Shown here: in pieces, positions 18,064 through 26,202 of the stretch | Layout: every line of letters begins with the position of its first letter | Position numbering within the stretch: position 1 is the stretch's first letter | NCBI GenBank assembly: GCA_036012905.1 | Contig: DASCQF010000038.1 | Location: 64,504-128,503, forward strand | Reading direction: 5' to 3' | Length of the DNA stretch: 64,000 bases | Source of the DNA: Vicinamibacterales bacterium | GTDB taxonomy: Bacteria; Acidobacteriota; Vicinamibacteria; Vicinamibacterales; UBA8438 | Position numbers and translations under genes: made by a program | Notes under the pieces: model-generated | What the model was told of the DNA's origin: nothing | The model's input: only the letters and a program-made list of their open reading frames with translations | The model's database searches: none

Positions 18064-18824
18064 GCGCCGCGTCACCGCGGGGTCCGGCGACCGAGCCCGG
18101 CACGCCATCGCTCGACAAGGATCCCCGCCGGATCGCGGGGATGTTCGATGCCATCGCGCATCGATACGACCAGCTGAACCACCTGCTGAGCGCCGGATTC
18201 GATCGTCGGTGGCGCCGCCGGGCCGTCGCGGCGCTCGACCTCGGCGACGGGGCCCTCGTGCTCGACGTCTGTACCGGGACGGCCGATCTGGCAATGACCG
18301 CATCGCGCCATCAGCCGGCGCCCCGCGCGGTGCTGGGCGTCGACTTTGCCGGTGCGATGCTGGCGCTGGGCCACGAGAAGCTGCGGTCGGCCGGCTTGAG
18401 CCCCATCGTGCGGTTGGTCAGGGGTGACGCCTGCCGGCTCCCGTGCCCATCGGAGACAGTCGATGCCGTGACGGTCGGGTTCGGCATCCGCAATGTGGCG
18501 GACACGGCCCGGGCGGTCGAGGAGATGTTCCGGGTCTTGAAGCCCGGGGGGCGACTGGCGATTCTGGAGTTCGGAGAGCCTCGTGTGCCGGTGCTCCGGT
18601 CCCTCTACCTGTGGTATTTCCAACGGGTGCTGCCGTTTATCGGCCGTCGGCTGTCGAAACACGCTGAGGCCTATGCGTATCTCCCGGCGTCGGTTAGTGC
18701 GTTTCTCAGCCCCGACGCGCTCGCGGACTTGCTGCGGACATCCGGGTTTTTCGGTGTGCGTGTAGACCGTTTGACGGCTGGCGTCGTCTATCTCTATGTG
18801 GGCCAGAAGCCGGTTGATACCTGA
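18060..18824 (+). CDS. menG: Demethylmenaquinone/ubiquinone methyltransferase (MenG/UbiE)
   Basis: FDAIAHRYDQLNHLLSAG, SAM motif VLDVCTGTADLA, LKPGGRLAILEF. ATGA overlap with the ubiX stop codon. Confidence 0.9.
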   Translation: MSAASPRGPATEPGTPSLDKDPRRIAGMFDAIAHRYDQLNHLLSAGFDRRWRRRAVAALDLGDGALVLDVCTGTADLAMTASRHQPAPRAVLGVDFAGAMLALGHEKLRSAGLSPIVRLVRGDACRLPCPSETVDAVTVGFGIRNVADTARAVEEMFRVLKPGGRLAILEFGEPRVPVLRSLYLWYFQRVLPFIGRRLSKHAEAYAYLPASVSAFLSPDALADLLRTSGFFGVRVDRLTAGVVYLYVGQKPVDT

Positions 18825-18904
18825 TCGGGTGCCCGCTCGACATCATCCATCGTTGACCCCATGACGGCTGTCGCAGCATTGGGTCGCCGTGGTAATGATG
18901 TCTG

Positions 18905-18922
18905 GCCCCCGCGTAGCGGGGC
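18905..18922. repeat. GC-rich imperfect palindrome, 18 nt, also present inverted at 36226-36243
   Basis: gcccccgcgtagcggggc here and gccccgctacgcgggggc at 36226 are exact reverse complements. The flanks are also similar (tgtgagaaatg against tatgataaatg). Confidence 0.7.
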
Positions 18923-19000
18923 TGTGAGAAATGGCAGCTAGTGATGCGGCACCGACCAACGTCCGGGTGGCTTGCGGGGCAGCGTCACTAGTGGGCCCGC

Positions 19001-19009
19001 TGGTATACT
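19001..19009 (+). promoter_or_regulatory. Candidate extended -10 promoter element (TGgTATACT) upstream of the tonB-like gene
   Basis: A TGnTATACT motif 25 nt upstream of ATG 19034. Confidence 0.35.
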
Positions 19010-19033
19010 GACCCTGGGACACTCCAACCGCAC

Positions 19034-20074
19034 ATGTACTTCGATTTTGAAGAGCGTCGCTTCGACACGCCGACAATCGAGTCGGCCATGTCGTGGCGCG
19101 AGCGCGGCCTCCTGTCGCTGTTTGCCCACCTGGCGGTCGTCGTGCTGGTGCTGGTTGGGCCGCGGTTGCAGTTCATGCAGAGCGCGGCCGAGCGCCGGGC
19201 GGAGCGACTGGCCGAGATGGTCGAGGAGCAGCGACTCGCGCAGTTCGAGGCACGCCAGCGCGAACCCGAATTCATCTTTGTGGAGCCGTTCATCGACACG
19301 CCTGCTCTGGAGCCGCCGCTTCAGGCGGACCTGTCGGACATCGACCGTGTCGCGCAGTCGCCGCTGGAAGCCGAGACGCCGGTCAACGATCTGCCCAACG
19401 CTGACGGGAATACATTCGAGTTCGTCGAGGCTGAGGATCCAACCGACGGTCTGGATCCGGTGGCCGAGGACGGAACGGAGCTGGACGGGAGCGAGCCTGA
19501 CGCGAGTGAGCCGGTCGACGGAGTAGACGACGGTGTCGCTGATGCGCCAGTGCCGGACGGCCCCGACGCGACACCGGGTGACGGTGGCGCGCTGGCCAAC
19601 CCGTTCCTAGCGGACACGCGTGCGGCGTTGCGAGAGAGGCCCCCGGCGGAACAACCGGGGACGATTCTCAATCAGGCAATCGAGGGCCTCAGTGGTATTG
19701 CCCGCAGGGACTCGTTTCAGAATCTGCAGGGGCGTACGGATCAATACGGTCCCGACATCCAGTTTGACAGCAAGGGTGTCGATTTCGGGTGGTGGATTCG
19801 GCGCTTTCGTGCGCAGATCTATCGCAACTGGTTGATCCCACAGGCAGCGATGGCGATGTCGGGCCACGTCGTGCTGACGTTCAACATCCACCAAGACGGT
19901 TCGTTCACCGAGCTGACCGTGGCGCAGCCCTCGAGCGTCGATGCGTTCACCAACTCCGCCTACAACGCGATCCGTGGGTCGAATCCCACGCTGCCGCTGC
20001 CGGTTGAGTATCCGGACGAACAGGTGTTGTTCACGGTGATCTTCTATTTCAACGAGATGCCGCCCCCGAGGTAG
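19034..20074 (+). CDS. TonB-family energy transducer-like protein (N-terminal TM anchor, acidic/Pro-rich linker, TonB C-terminal domain)
   Basis: TM helix LLSLFAHLAVVVLVLVG and a long D/E/P-rich linker. C-terminal segment WIRRFRAQIYRNWLIPQAA...GHVVLTFNIHQDGSFTELTV...AYNAIRGS. Confidence 0.7.
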   Translation: MYFDFEERRFDTPTIESAMSWRERGLLSLFAHLAVVVLVLVGPRLQFMQSAAERRAERLAEMVEEQRLAQFEARQREPEFIFVEPFIDTPALEPPLQADLSDIDRVAQSPLEAETPVNDLPNADGNTFEFVEAEDPTDGLDPVAEDGTELDGSEPDASEPVDGVDDGVADAPVPDGPDATPGDGGALANPFLADTRAALRERPPAEQPGTILNQAIEGLSGIARRDSFQNLQGRTDQYGPDIQFDSKGVDFGWWIRRFRAQIYRNWLIPQAAMAMSGHVVLTFNIHQDGSFTELTVAQPSSVDAFTNSAYNAIRGSNPTLPLPVEYPDEQVLFTVIFYFNEMPPPR

Positions 20075-20104
20075 CCCCCTCTGGCACCTGGTGCTCCACC
20101 GCGT

Positions 20105-20200
20105 ATGACGCGTCACGTGCGACCGACGGTGGCCCAGCAGTTCGGCCTGGTGCTCCTGTTGACGGTCGTGGTCCTCGTGGTGCTGTTCGGACCCGCCTGA
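20105..20200 (+). CDS. Candidate 31-aa small hydrophobic (single TM) protein
   Basis: An ATG...TGA ORF below the cutoff of the ORF track, encoding MTRHVRPTVAQQFGLVLLLTVVVLVVLFGPA. By my count 28 of 31 third codon positions are G/C. No obvious SD. Confidence 0.3.
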   Translation: MTRHVRPTVAQQFGLVLLLTVVVLVVLFGPA

Positions 20201-20219
20201 TTTATTGATCTACCGATCT

Positions 20220-21167
20220 ATGCGAACTGCCGATGGGCGTCCGCTGCTGTTGGCGGTCGTTGGGCCGACGGCTACCGGCAAGAGCGCCCTCGCGCTGTGG
20301 GTCGCGACGCAGTCTGGTGGCGAAATCGTCAACTGTGACTCGACGGCGGTCTATCGCGGATTCGACATCGGCACCGACAAGGTCCCCGTGCCGGAGCGAT
20401 GCGGCATCCCGCACCATCTCATTGACGTTGCCGATCCGACCGAGATCTACACGGCTGCTCGTTACAGCCGGGATGCCTCACGCGTGGTGCGCGAGATCAC
20501 CGCCAGAGACCGACTGCCTGTGGTGGTGGGGGGCACGGGGCTCTATTTTCGGGCACTGACTCGCGGACTCTTCCCGGGGCCGGGGCGCGACCCGGTCTTG
20601 CGTGCCCGGCTCGGCCGCGTGGCGCGCCGTCGCGGTGTCGACGCGCTGCATCGGTGGCTGGGTCGTCACGACCCCGACTCGGCAAGACGCATTCAGGTGC
20701 GGGACGAGAAGCGGCTCATCCGTGCGCTCGAGGTGTTTCTGCTGACGGGGCGGACGCTGACAGACCACTTTGCCAGCACCCGGTCGCCGATCGATGACTA
20801 TGCGGTGGTGACCGTCGGCCTTCAGCTGTCGGGTGACGAGCTCCAGGCCCGGATCGCGCGCCGCGTCGACCAGCAGTTCGCCGACGGGTTGCTCGACGAG
20901 ATTCGTGGGTTGATGGCTGCCGGCGTGCCGCCCGATGCCGGCCCGCTCGGCGGGCTCGTCTACCGCCAGGCGATGGAGCACCTGCGGGGTGAGCGGGACG
21001 AAGCGGCCACCCGTGAGCTGATCGTGCGCGAGAATCGCCGCTATGCGCGGCGCCAGTTGATCTGGTTCCGGAAAGAGCCTAACCTACAATGGCTCTCCGG
21101 CCCCGGCGAGCGCCTCGAGACCTGCCAGGCGGTCAGCCGGATACTCGATGTCGCCCGTCACCTGTGA
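20220..21167 (+). CDS. miaA: tRNA dimethylallyltransferase MiaA
   Basis: P-loop VVGPTATGKSALAL, motif NCDSTAVYRGFDIGTDK, and LPVVVGGTGLYF. Confidence 0.9.
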   Translation: MRTADGRPLLLAVVGPTATGKSALALWVATQSGGEIVNCDSTAVYRGFDIGTDKVPVPERCGIPHHLIDVADPTEIYTAARYSRDASRVVREITARDRLPVVVGGTGLYFRALTRGLFPGPGRDPVLRARLGRVARRRGVDALHRWLGRHDPDSARRIQVRDEKRLIRALEVFLLTGRTLTDHFASTRSPIDDYAVVTVGLQLSGDELQARIARRVDQQFADGLLDEIRGLMAAGVPPDAGPLGGLVYRQAMEHLRGERDEAATRELIVRENRRYARRQLIWFRKEPNLQWLSGPGERLETCQAVSRILDVARHL

Positions 21168-21235
21168 CCTCGACCCGTGACCTTTCCAATGAGCATGTCG
21201 GCGCGGCGGTTGGATGCGCTCGAGCTCCCGGGTCT

Positions 21236-22285
21236 GTGAGCATCCGAGCCGACCTGGAGGCGCGCGAGGCGGAGTATCTCGCCCCCTATGCTGCTCGAAG
21301 TCGCGACTCGCAGGGGCGGTTGCGGGCCGAGTCCGAGGACCCGATTCGTCCGGCATTCCAGCGGGACCGGGATCGCATCGTTCACAGTAAGGCGTTCCGC
21401 CGCCTGAAGCACAAGACTCAGGTATTCTTCGCTCCCACAGGAGACCATTATCGGACCCGGCTCACTCACACGCTCGAGGTGTCGCAAATCGCCAGGACAG
21501 TGGCCAAGGTACTTCGTCTCAACGACGAGCTCACCGAAGCGATTGCCCTCGGGCACGATCTGGGACACACGCCGTTCGGGCACGCGGGTGAGAGCGTGCT
21601 GAACGCCCTGATGCCTGGCGGCTTCAGTCACTACGAGCAGAGCTTGCGGATCGTAGACGTCCTGGAGCAGGAGCGGAGAGGGCTGAATCTGACCTGGGAG
21701 GTGCGCGATGGTATCGCCAAGCACTCCAAGGGGAAGGACGGTGCGCCGATCGGAATACGGCCGTCACTGCGTGCCGCGACCCTCGAGGGGCAGGTGGCCC
21801 GGGTGGCGGATCTCGTTGCCTATGTGAACCACGACATCGACGATGCCGCTCGCGCGGGTGTGCTGAACACCGCCGACCTGCCAGACGAGGCGGTCGAGGT
21901 GCTGGGGCGCTCCTCTTCAGAGCGGATCGGCACCCTGGTCGCCGACGTGGTGGAACGGACGCTGGAAACGAGACCGGACATCGAGCTGCGCATGAGCGAC
22001 GAGGTGCTGGCGGCCCTCCTCGATCTCCGGACATTCCTGTTCGACGCGGTCTACGAGAATCAGGTGGCGACGGCGGAGTTCAAGAAGGCCGAGGGTATCC
22101 TCGGCGGGCTCTGGGAGCGGGTGCGACAGGAGCCTGAGGCGTTTCTCGATCTGCGCACGGTTCGCGAGGAGGGGATCGATGCCGCCAGCCGTGATTTCCT
22201 TGCCGGCATGACTGATCGGTTCGCAGTGGGCCTGTACGAGCGGTTGTTCATCCCCAAGCCCTGGGCGAGAACGACCAGATTGTAG
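21236..22285 (+). CDS. dGTP triphosphohydrolase-like HD-domain protein
   Basis: FQRDRDRIVHSKAFRRLKHKTQVF, RLTHTLEVSQIAR, GHDLGHTPFGHAGE. The GTG 21236 start avoids overlap with miaA. Confidence 0.85.
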   Translation: MSIRADLEAREAEYLAPYAARSRDSQGRLRAESEDPIRPAFQRDRDRIVHSKAFRRLKHKTQVFFAPTGDHYRTRLTHTLEVSQIARTVAKVLRLNDELTEAIALGHDLGHTPFGHAGESVLNALMPGGFSHYEQSLRIVDVLEQERRGLNLTWEVRDGIAKHSKGKDGAPIGIRPSLRAATLEGQVARVADLVAYVNHDIDDAARAGVLNTADLPDEAVEVLGRSSSERIGTLVADVVERTLETRPDIELRMSDEVLAALLDLRTFLFDAVYENQVATAEFKKAEGILGGLWERVRQEPEAFLDLRTVREEGIDAASRDFLAGMTDRFAVGLYERLFIPKPWARTTRL

Positions 22286-22317
22286 TCGTTCATGTACCGG
22301 AGCGGACGAAACGCGGA

Positions 22318-22326
22318 TGATATACT
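22318..22326 (+). promoter_or_regulatory. Candidate extended -10 promoter element (TGaTATACT) upstream of yceD-rpmF-plsX
   Basis: A TGnTATACT motif in the spacer between the dGTPase-like gene and yceD. Confidence 0.3.
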
Positions 22327-22404
22327 CTAGGTTTGGTCCTGGTCCTGGTGACGCCTCCCCCGGTGGGAGGCTGTGCCTGACTGAGACGCGGGGCGCTCGC
22401 TTCG

Positions 22405-22926
22405 ATGATCCTCGACCTCCGCTCGATCAAGGGACAGCGAGAACGGGTCCGACGGACCTTCCCGGGGGACACGCTCAGCCAGGGTGGCGGCGATCAGTAT
22501 AGGGTCGTCGACACCGCGACCCTCGACCTGGACATCCGCAAGGATGGCGGGAAGTATCGGGTGGTCGGTCGGCTCGAAGCGACACTCGAGCTCGGCTGTT
22601 GTCGGTGTCTCGAGTCACTCCCTTTGGTCGTGGGTGTAGACGTCGATCTGCTCTTTCTGCCGGTGTCGGATAACACCGGCGAAGGCGACTTCCAGATCGA
22701 GGAGTCGGATCTGGGCACGGCGTTCTACCGGGACGATCAGATCGACCTGGCGCAGCTGATCCACGAGCAGTTTCAACTCGCGCTGCCGATGAAACCGCTC
22801 TGTCGTGACGATTGCCGCGGGTTGTGTCCAGTCTGTGGCGGCAACCGCAACACGACCACGTGTCAGTGCGTCGAACGGTGGGAGGATCCCAGGCTCGCCG
22901 TGCTGAAGAGCCTGAAGAGCGAGTAG
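22405..22926 (+). CDS. yceD: YceD/DUF177 family protein
   Basis: C-terminal CRxDCRGLCPVCGGNRN motif and conserved position upstream of rpmF. Confidence 0.85.
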   Translation: MILDLRSIKGQRERVRRTFPGDTLSQGGGDQYRVVDTATLDLDIRKDGGKYRVVGRLEATLELGCCRCLESLPLVVGVDVDLLFLPVSDNTGEGDFQIEESDLGTAFYRDDQIDLAQLIHEQFQLALPMKPLCRDDCRGLCPVCGGNRNTTTCQCVERWEDPRLAVLKSLKSE

Positions 22927-22977
22927 GACGCGGACGGCCCCGAGGGTGGGCCACGGGCAGGACGAGAGGATTCGACA

Positions 22978-23160
22978 ATGGCTAATCCGAAACGGCGGCA
23001 CTCCAAGTCTCGCACGGCGAAGCGGCGCACGCACCAAAGCCTCGACCCGGTTGTGCTCGGCGAGTGTCCGCAGTGTCACGAGCGGAAACCGTCTCATCAG
23101 GTGTGTCCACATTGCGGGTATTACCGGGGACGACAGGTCCGGCCGATCAAGGACGTCTAG
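22978..23160 (+). CDS. rpmF: 50S ribosomal protein L32
   Basis: MANPKRRHSKSRTAKRRTH... with CPxC...CPxC zinc-ribbon cysteines. Confidence 0.95.
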   Translation: MANPKRRHSKSRTAKRRTHQSLDPVVLGECPQCHERKPSHQVCPHCGYYRGRQVRPIKDV

Positions 23161-23183
23161 TCCATCCACAGCAGCTATCAGCG

Positions 23184-24230
23184 GTGACCAGCAGGCAACC
23201 GGTGAAGGCGGGGGCACGCCGGCCGCGTGTCGCAGTCGATGCCACTGGAGGCGACTTCGCGCCCCGCAACATCGTCGACGGGGCGTTGGTGGCTGCCCGG
23301 CACCTGGATGTAGGCGTCATCCTGCTTGGGGCCCGCGAACTGTTGCGTGACGAGTTGCGGCGGCACGGCGATGCGGCCAGGTTGGACGTCACGGTGGTGG
23401 ACGCGCCGGAGACAATCGGCATGCAGGAGTCGCCCGCGGCCGCCTTGCGACGGAAACCGAGGGCAGCGGTCCGCGTGGCAGCGGGCATGGTGGCAGACGG
23501 GGAGGCGGTGGCGCTTTTCAGCGCCGGGAACACCGGAGCGACGATGCTTGCGGCGCACGGGGCGTTTGGCTGCTTGGAGGGAGTGGACCGCCCGGCGCTG
23601 GCCACCACCATACCGACAGCGGGACGCGGTGCCGTGCTGCTGGATTCGGGGGCGAATGTCGAGTGTCGCCCGCAGCACCTCCTGCAGTTCGCGGCGATGG
23701 GTGTCGCGTATGCGCGGACCGTGCTGGGCGTGCCTGAGCCGAAGGTGGGGTTGCTCTCGATCGGTGAGGAGGAGACGAAGGGCAACGATTTGACCCGTGA
23801 GGCGCATCAGTTGCTGCGTGGCAGTCGGTTGCGTTTCATTGGCAACGTCGAGGCGCGTGATCTGTATGGAGGGCAGGCCGAGGTCATCGTCTGTGACGGC
23901 TTCACCGGTAACATCGCGCTCAAGGTGAGCGAAGGACTGGTCGAGGTGGTCGAAGGATTTCTGCGGGACGAGCTCAAGCGGACGTTTAGCACCCGGGTCG
24001 GGTCCGTGCTGTCTCGCCGCGCGTTTCGGCGGTTTCGCCGGCGGGTCGACTACTCCGAGGTTGGCGGCGCCCCGCTGCTCGGGTTGTCCGGACTGTGCAT
24101 CGTTGGGCATGGGCGCTCGTCGGCCAAGGCCGTGCGTAACGCGGTGGCGATGGCTCATCGCTTCGCGACGGGGGAGATGCTTGCCGGGATTGCGCGGGAG
24201 TTACAAACCGCAACCGTGATGCACGGCTAG
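23184..24230 (+). CDS. plsX: Phosphate acyltransferase PlsX
   Basis: VAVDATGGDFAP, SAGNTGA, FIGNVEARD, CDGFTGNIALK. Start uncertain (GTG 23184 or GTG 23202). The long ORF from 23064 would overlap rpmF. Confidence 0.9.
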   Translation: MTSRQPVKAGARRPRVAVDATGGDFAPRNIVDGALVAARHLDVGVILLGARELLRDELRRHGDAARLDVTVVDAPETIGMQESPAAALRRKPRAAVRVAAGMVADGEAVALFSAGNTGATMLAAHGAFGCLEGVDRPALATTIPTAGRGAVLLDSGANVECRPQHLLQFAAMGVAYARTVLGVPEPKVGLLSIGEEETKGNDLTREAHQLLRGSRLRFIGNVEARDLYGGQAEVIVCDGFTGNIALKVSEGLVEVVEGFLRDELKRTFSTRVGSVLSRRAFRRFRRRVDYSEVGGAPLLGLSGLCIVGHGRSSAKAVRNAVAMAHRFATGEMLAGIARELQTATVMHG

Positions 24231-24246
24231 CGGACGAGTTGAGTCG

Positions 24247-25176
24247 ATGATCGCGTTTGTCTTTCCGGGGCAGGGAGCGCAGCAGGTCGGGATGGGGCGG
24301 GCGCTGGCAGACCGGTTTCCTGAGTGTCTCGAGACGTTCGACCAGGCCGATGCCGCGCTCGGCATGTCCATCAGCCGACTCTGCTTCGAAGGTCCGGCAG
24401 AACGACTGATGTTGACCGAGCACGCGCAGCCGGCGCTCGTCGCCGTGTCCACCGCTGCGGCGCGGGCCCTGATGGCACGGGGCGTTCAGCCGACCCTCCT
24501 CGCCGGGCACAGCCTTGGCGAGTACTCGGCGCACGTGGCGGCCGGAACGCTGGCGTTCGCCGATGCCATGCGGACCGTCCGGAACCGCGGGCGCTACATG
24601 CAGGAGGCGGTGCCAGTAGGGGACGGCGCCATGGCGGCGGTGCTTGGCCTGGACGCCGAGTTGGTGGCCCAGGCCTGCGACGAGACGGCGTGCGGACAGA
24701 TTGTGAGTCCGGCCAACCTGAATGCGCCTGGGCAGACCGTGATCGCCGGTGTGCGCGCGGCGGTGGAGCGAGCCGGTGCCCGGGCCAAGGAGTTGGGCGC
24801 CAGACGTATCGTATCACTGGCCGTGAGCGCACCGTTTCACTGCGCTCTGATGCAACCTGCCGCCGACCGCCTGGCCCCGGACCTCCACGGATTGGTGGTG
24901 TCGGACCCGACAGTCCCGGTGGTGGCGAACCTGGACGCGGAGCCGAAACGGGATGGGGCCGCGTCATTGGCGGCGCTGGTCGGGCAGGTCACCGCGCCGG
25001 TCCAGTGGGAGCGGGTTGTGCGTCGCCTTGCATCGGAGGGCGTCGACACGTATGTTGAGGTGGGTCCAGGTTCGGTGCTGAGCGGGCTCATCCGGAAGAT
25101 CGTACGCGGCGCCCGTGTCCTGTCCGTTTCCGATCCCGAGGGCGTCGATAGCGCGGTGTCGATGCTGGGGTCTTGA
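24247..25176 (+). CDS. fabD: Malonyl-CoA:ACP transacylase FabD
   Basis: FVFPGQGAQQVGMG, active site GHSLGEYSA. Confidence 0.95.
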   Translation: MIAFVFPGQGAQQVGMGRALADRFPECLETFDQADAALGMSISRLCFEGPAERLMLTEHAQPALVAVSTAAARALMARGVQPTLLAGHSLGEYSAHVAAGTLAFADAMRTVRNRGRYMQEAVPVGDGAMAAVLGLDAELVAQACDETACGQIVSPANLNAPGQTVIAGVRAAVERAGARAKELGARRIVSLAVSAPFHCALMQPAADRLAPDLHGLVVSDPTVPVVANLDAEPKRDGAASLAALVGQVTAPVQWERVVRRLASEGVDTYVEVGPGSVLSGLIRKIVRGARVLSVSDPEGVDSAVSMLGS

Positions 25177-25187
25177 CGGGGGGAGAC

Positions 25188-25928
25188 ATGAGAAGTCTGC
25201 ATGATCGGGTCGCGATCGTGACGGGGGCCTCACGAGGTATCGGTCGCGCCGTGGCGCGGCACTTGGGCGCCGCGGGTGCGGCGGTCGTGGCGGGCGCACG
25301 AGAGCAGCACGCCGAGTCGGTGGTCGCGGAGATTCGAGAGGCTGGAGGTCGGGCCGTCGCCGTGTCGGTGGACGTGACAGATGTCGCCCGGATCGAGGCC
25401 ATGGTGCGGACCGCGCGCGCCGAGTTTGGCCGAATCGACGTGTTGGTGAACAATGCCGGCATCGTGCGCGACCAACTGGCCATGCGGATGACCCCGGCTG
25501 ATTGGGACGCGGTCGTTGCGACGAATCTGACCGCGGCGTTCGCCTGTGCGCACGCGGTGTTACGCCCGATGCTCAAGCAGCGGAGTGGCCGTATCATCAG
25601 TGTCGGCTCCGTGGTTGGGCAGATGGGAAATGCGGGGCAGGTCAACTACGCGGCGTCGAAGGCGGGGTTGGTCGGGTTCTCGAAGGCGCTGGCTCGCGAA
25701 GTGGCTTCACGCGGCATCACCGTGAACGTGGTGTCGCCGGGTATGATCGAGACTGATATGACTGCGGGGCTTGATGACGCGGCCCAAGCGGCGATGCTCG
25801 CGCAGATTCCGTTGGGCCGGTTGGGGTCGACCGATGATGTGGCTGCGGCGGTCGAGTTCCTCGCGTCCGACGAGGCGGCGTATATTACAGGGCACGTGTT
25901 GGCGGTGAACGGTGGCATGTACATGTAG
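25188..25928 (+). CDS. fabG: 3-oxoacyl-ACP reductase FabG
   Basis: VAIVTGASRGIGRAVA, NNAG, YAASKAG, and position between fabD and acpP. Confidence 0.95.
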   Translation: MRSLHDRVAIVTGASRGIGRAVARHLGAAGAAVVAGAREQHAESVVAEIREAGGRAVAVSVDVTDVARIEAMVRTARAEFGRIDVLVNNAGIVRDQLAMRMTPADWDAVVATNLTAAFACAHAVLRPMLKQRSGRIISVGSVVGQMGNAGQVNYAASKAGLVGFSKALAREVASRGITVNVVSPGMIETDMTAGLDDAAQAAMLAQIPLGRLGSTDDVAAAVEFLASDEAAYITGHVLAVNGGMYM

Positions 25929-25938
25929 GAGGCATTGA

Positions 25939-26175
25939 ATGGCCGTTGCTGAGAAGGTAAAGAACATCATCGTGGAGCAACTCGGTGTTGACGAGGAGGA
26001 AGTCACCTCGGACGCATCCTTCGTGGACGACCTCGGGGCGGATTCGCTCGACACCGTGGAGCTGGTGATGGCGTTCGAGGAGGAATTCGGGCTCGAGATA
26101 TCGGATGAGGATGCGGAGAAGATCACCCGCGTCAAGGAAGCTGTGAACTACATCGAGTCGCACTCAAAAAAATAG
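25939..26175 (+). CDS. acpP: Acyl carrier protein
   Basis: [20 protein letters not shown] phosphopantetheine attachment motif. Confidence 0.97.
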   Translation: MAVAEKVKNIIVEQLGVDEEEVTSDASFVDDLGADSLDTVELVMAFEEEFGLEISDEDAEKITRVKEAVNYIESHSKK

Positions 26176-26202
26176 GGAGCGGCTCCTACCCCGGGAGTAA
26201 CT

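Noticed and set aside
23064-23183. A long N-terminal extension of plsX that overlaps rpmF.
   Set aside because: PlsX homology starts at VAVDATGGDFAP. The extension overlaps the whole 3' half of rpmF in another frame. In-frame GTGs at 23184 and 23202 give a normal N-terminus.
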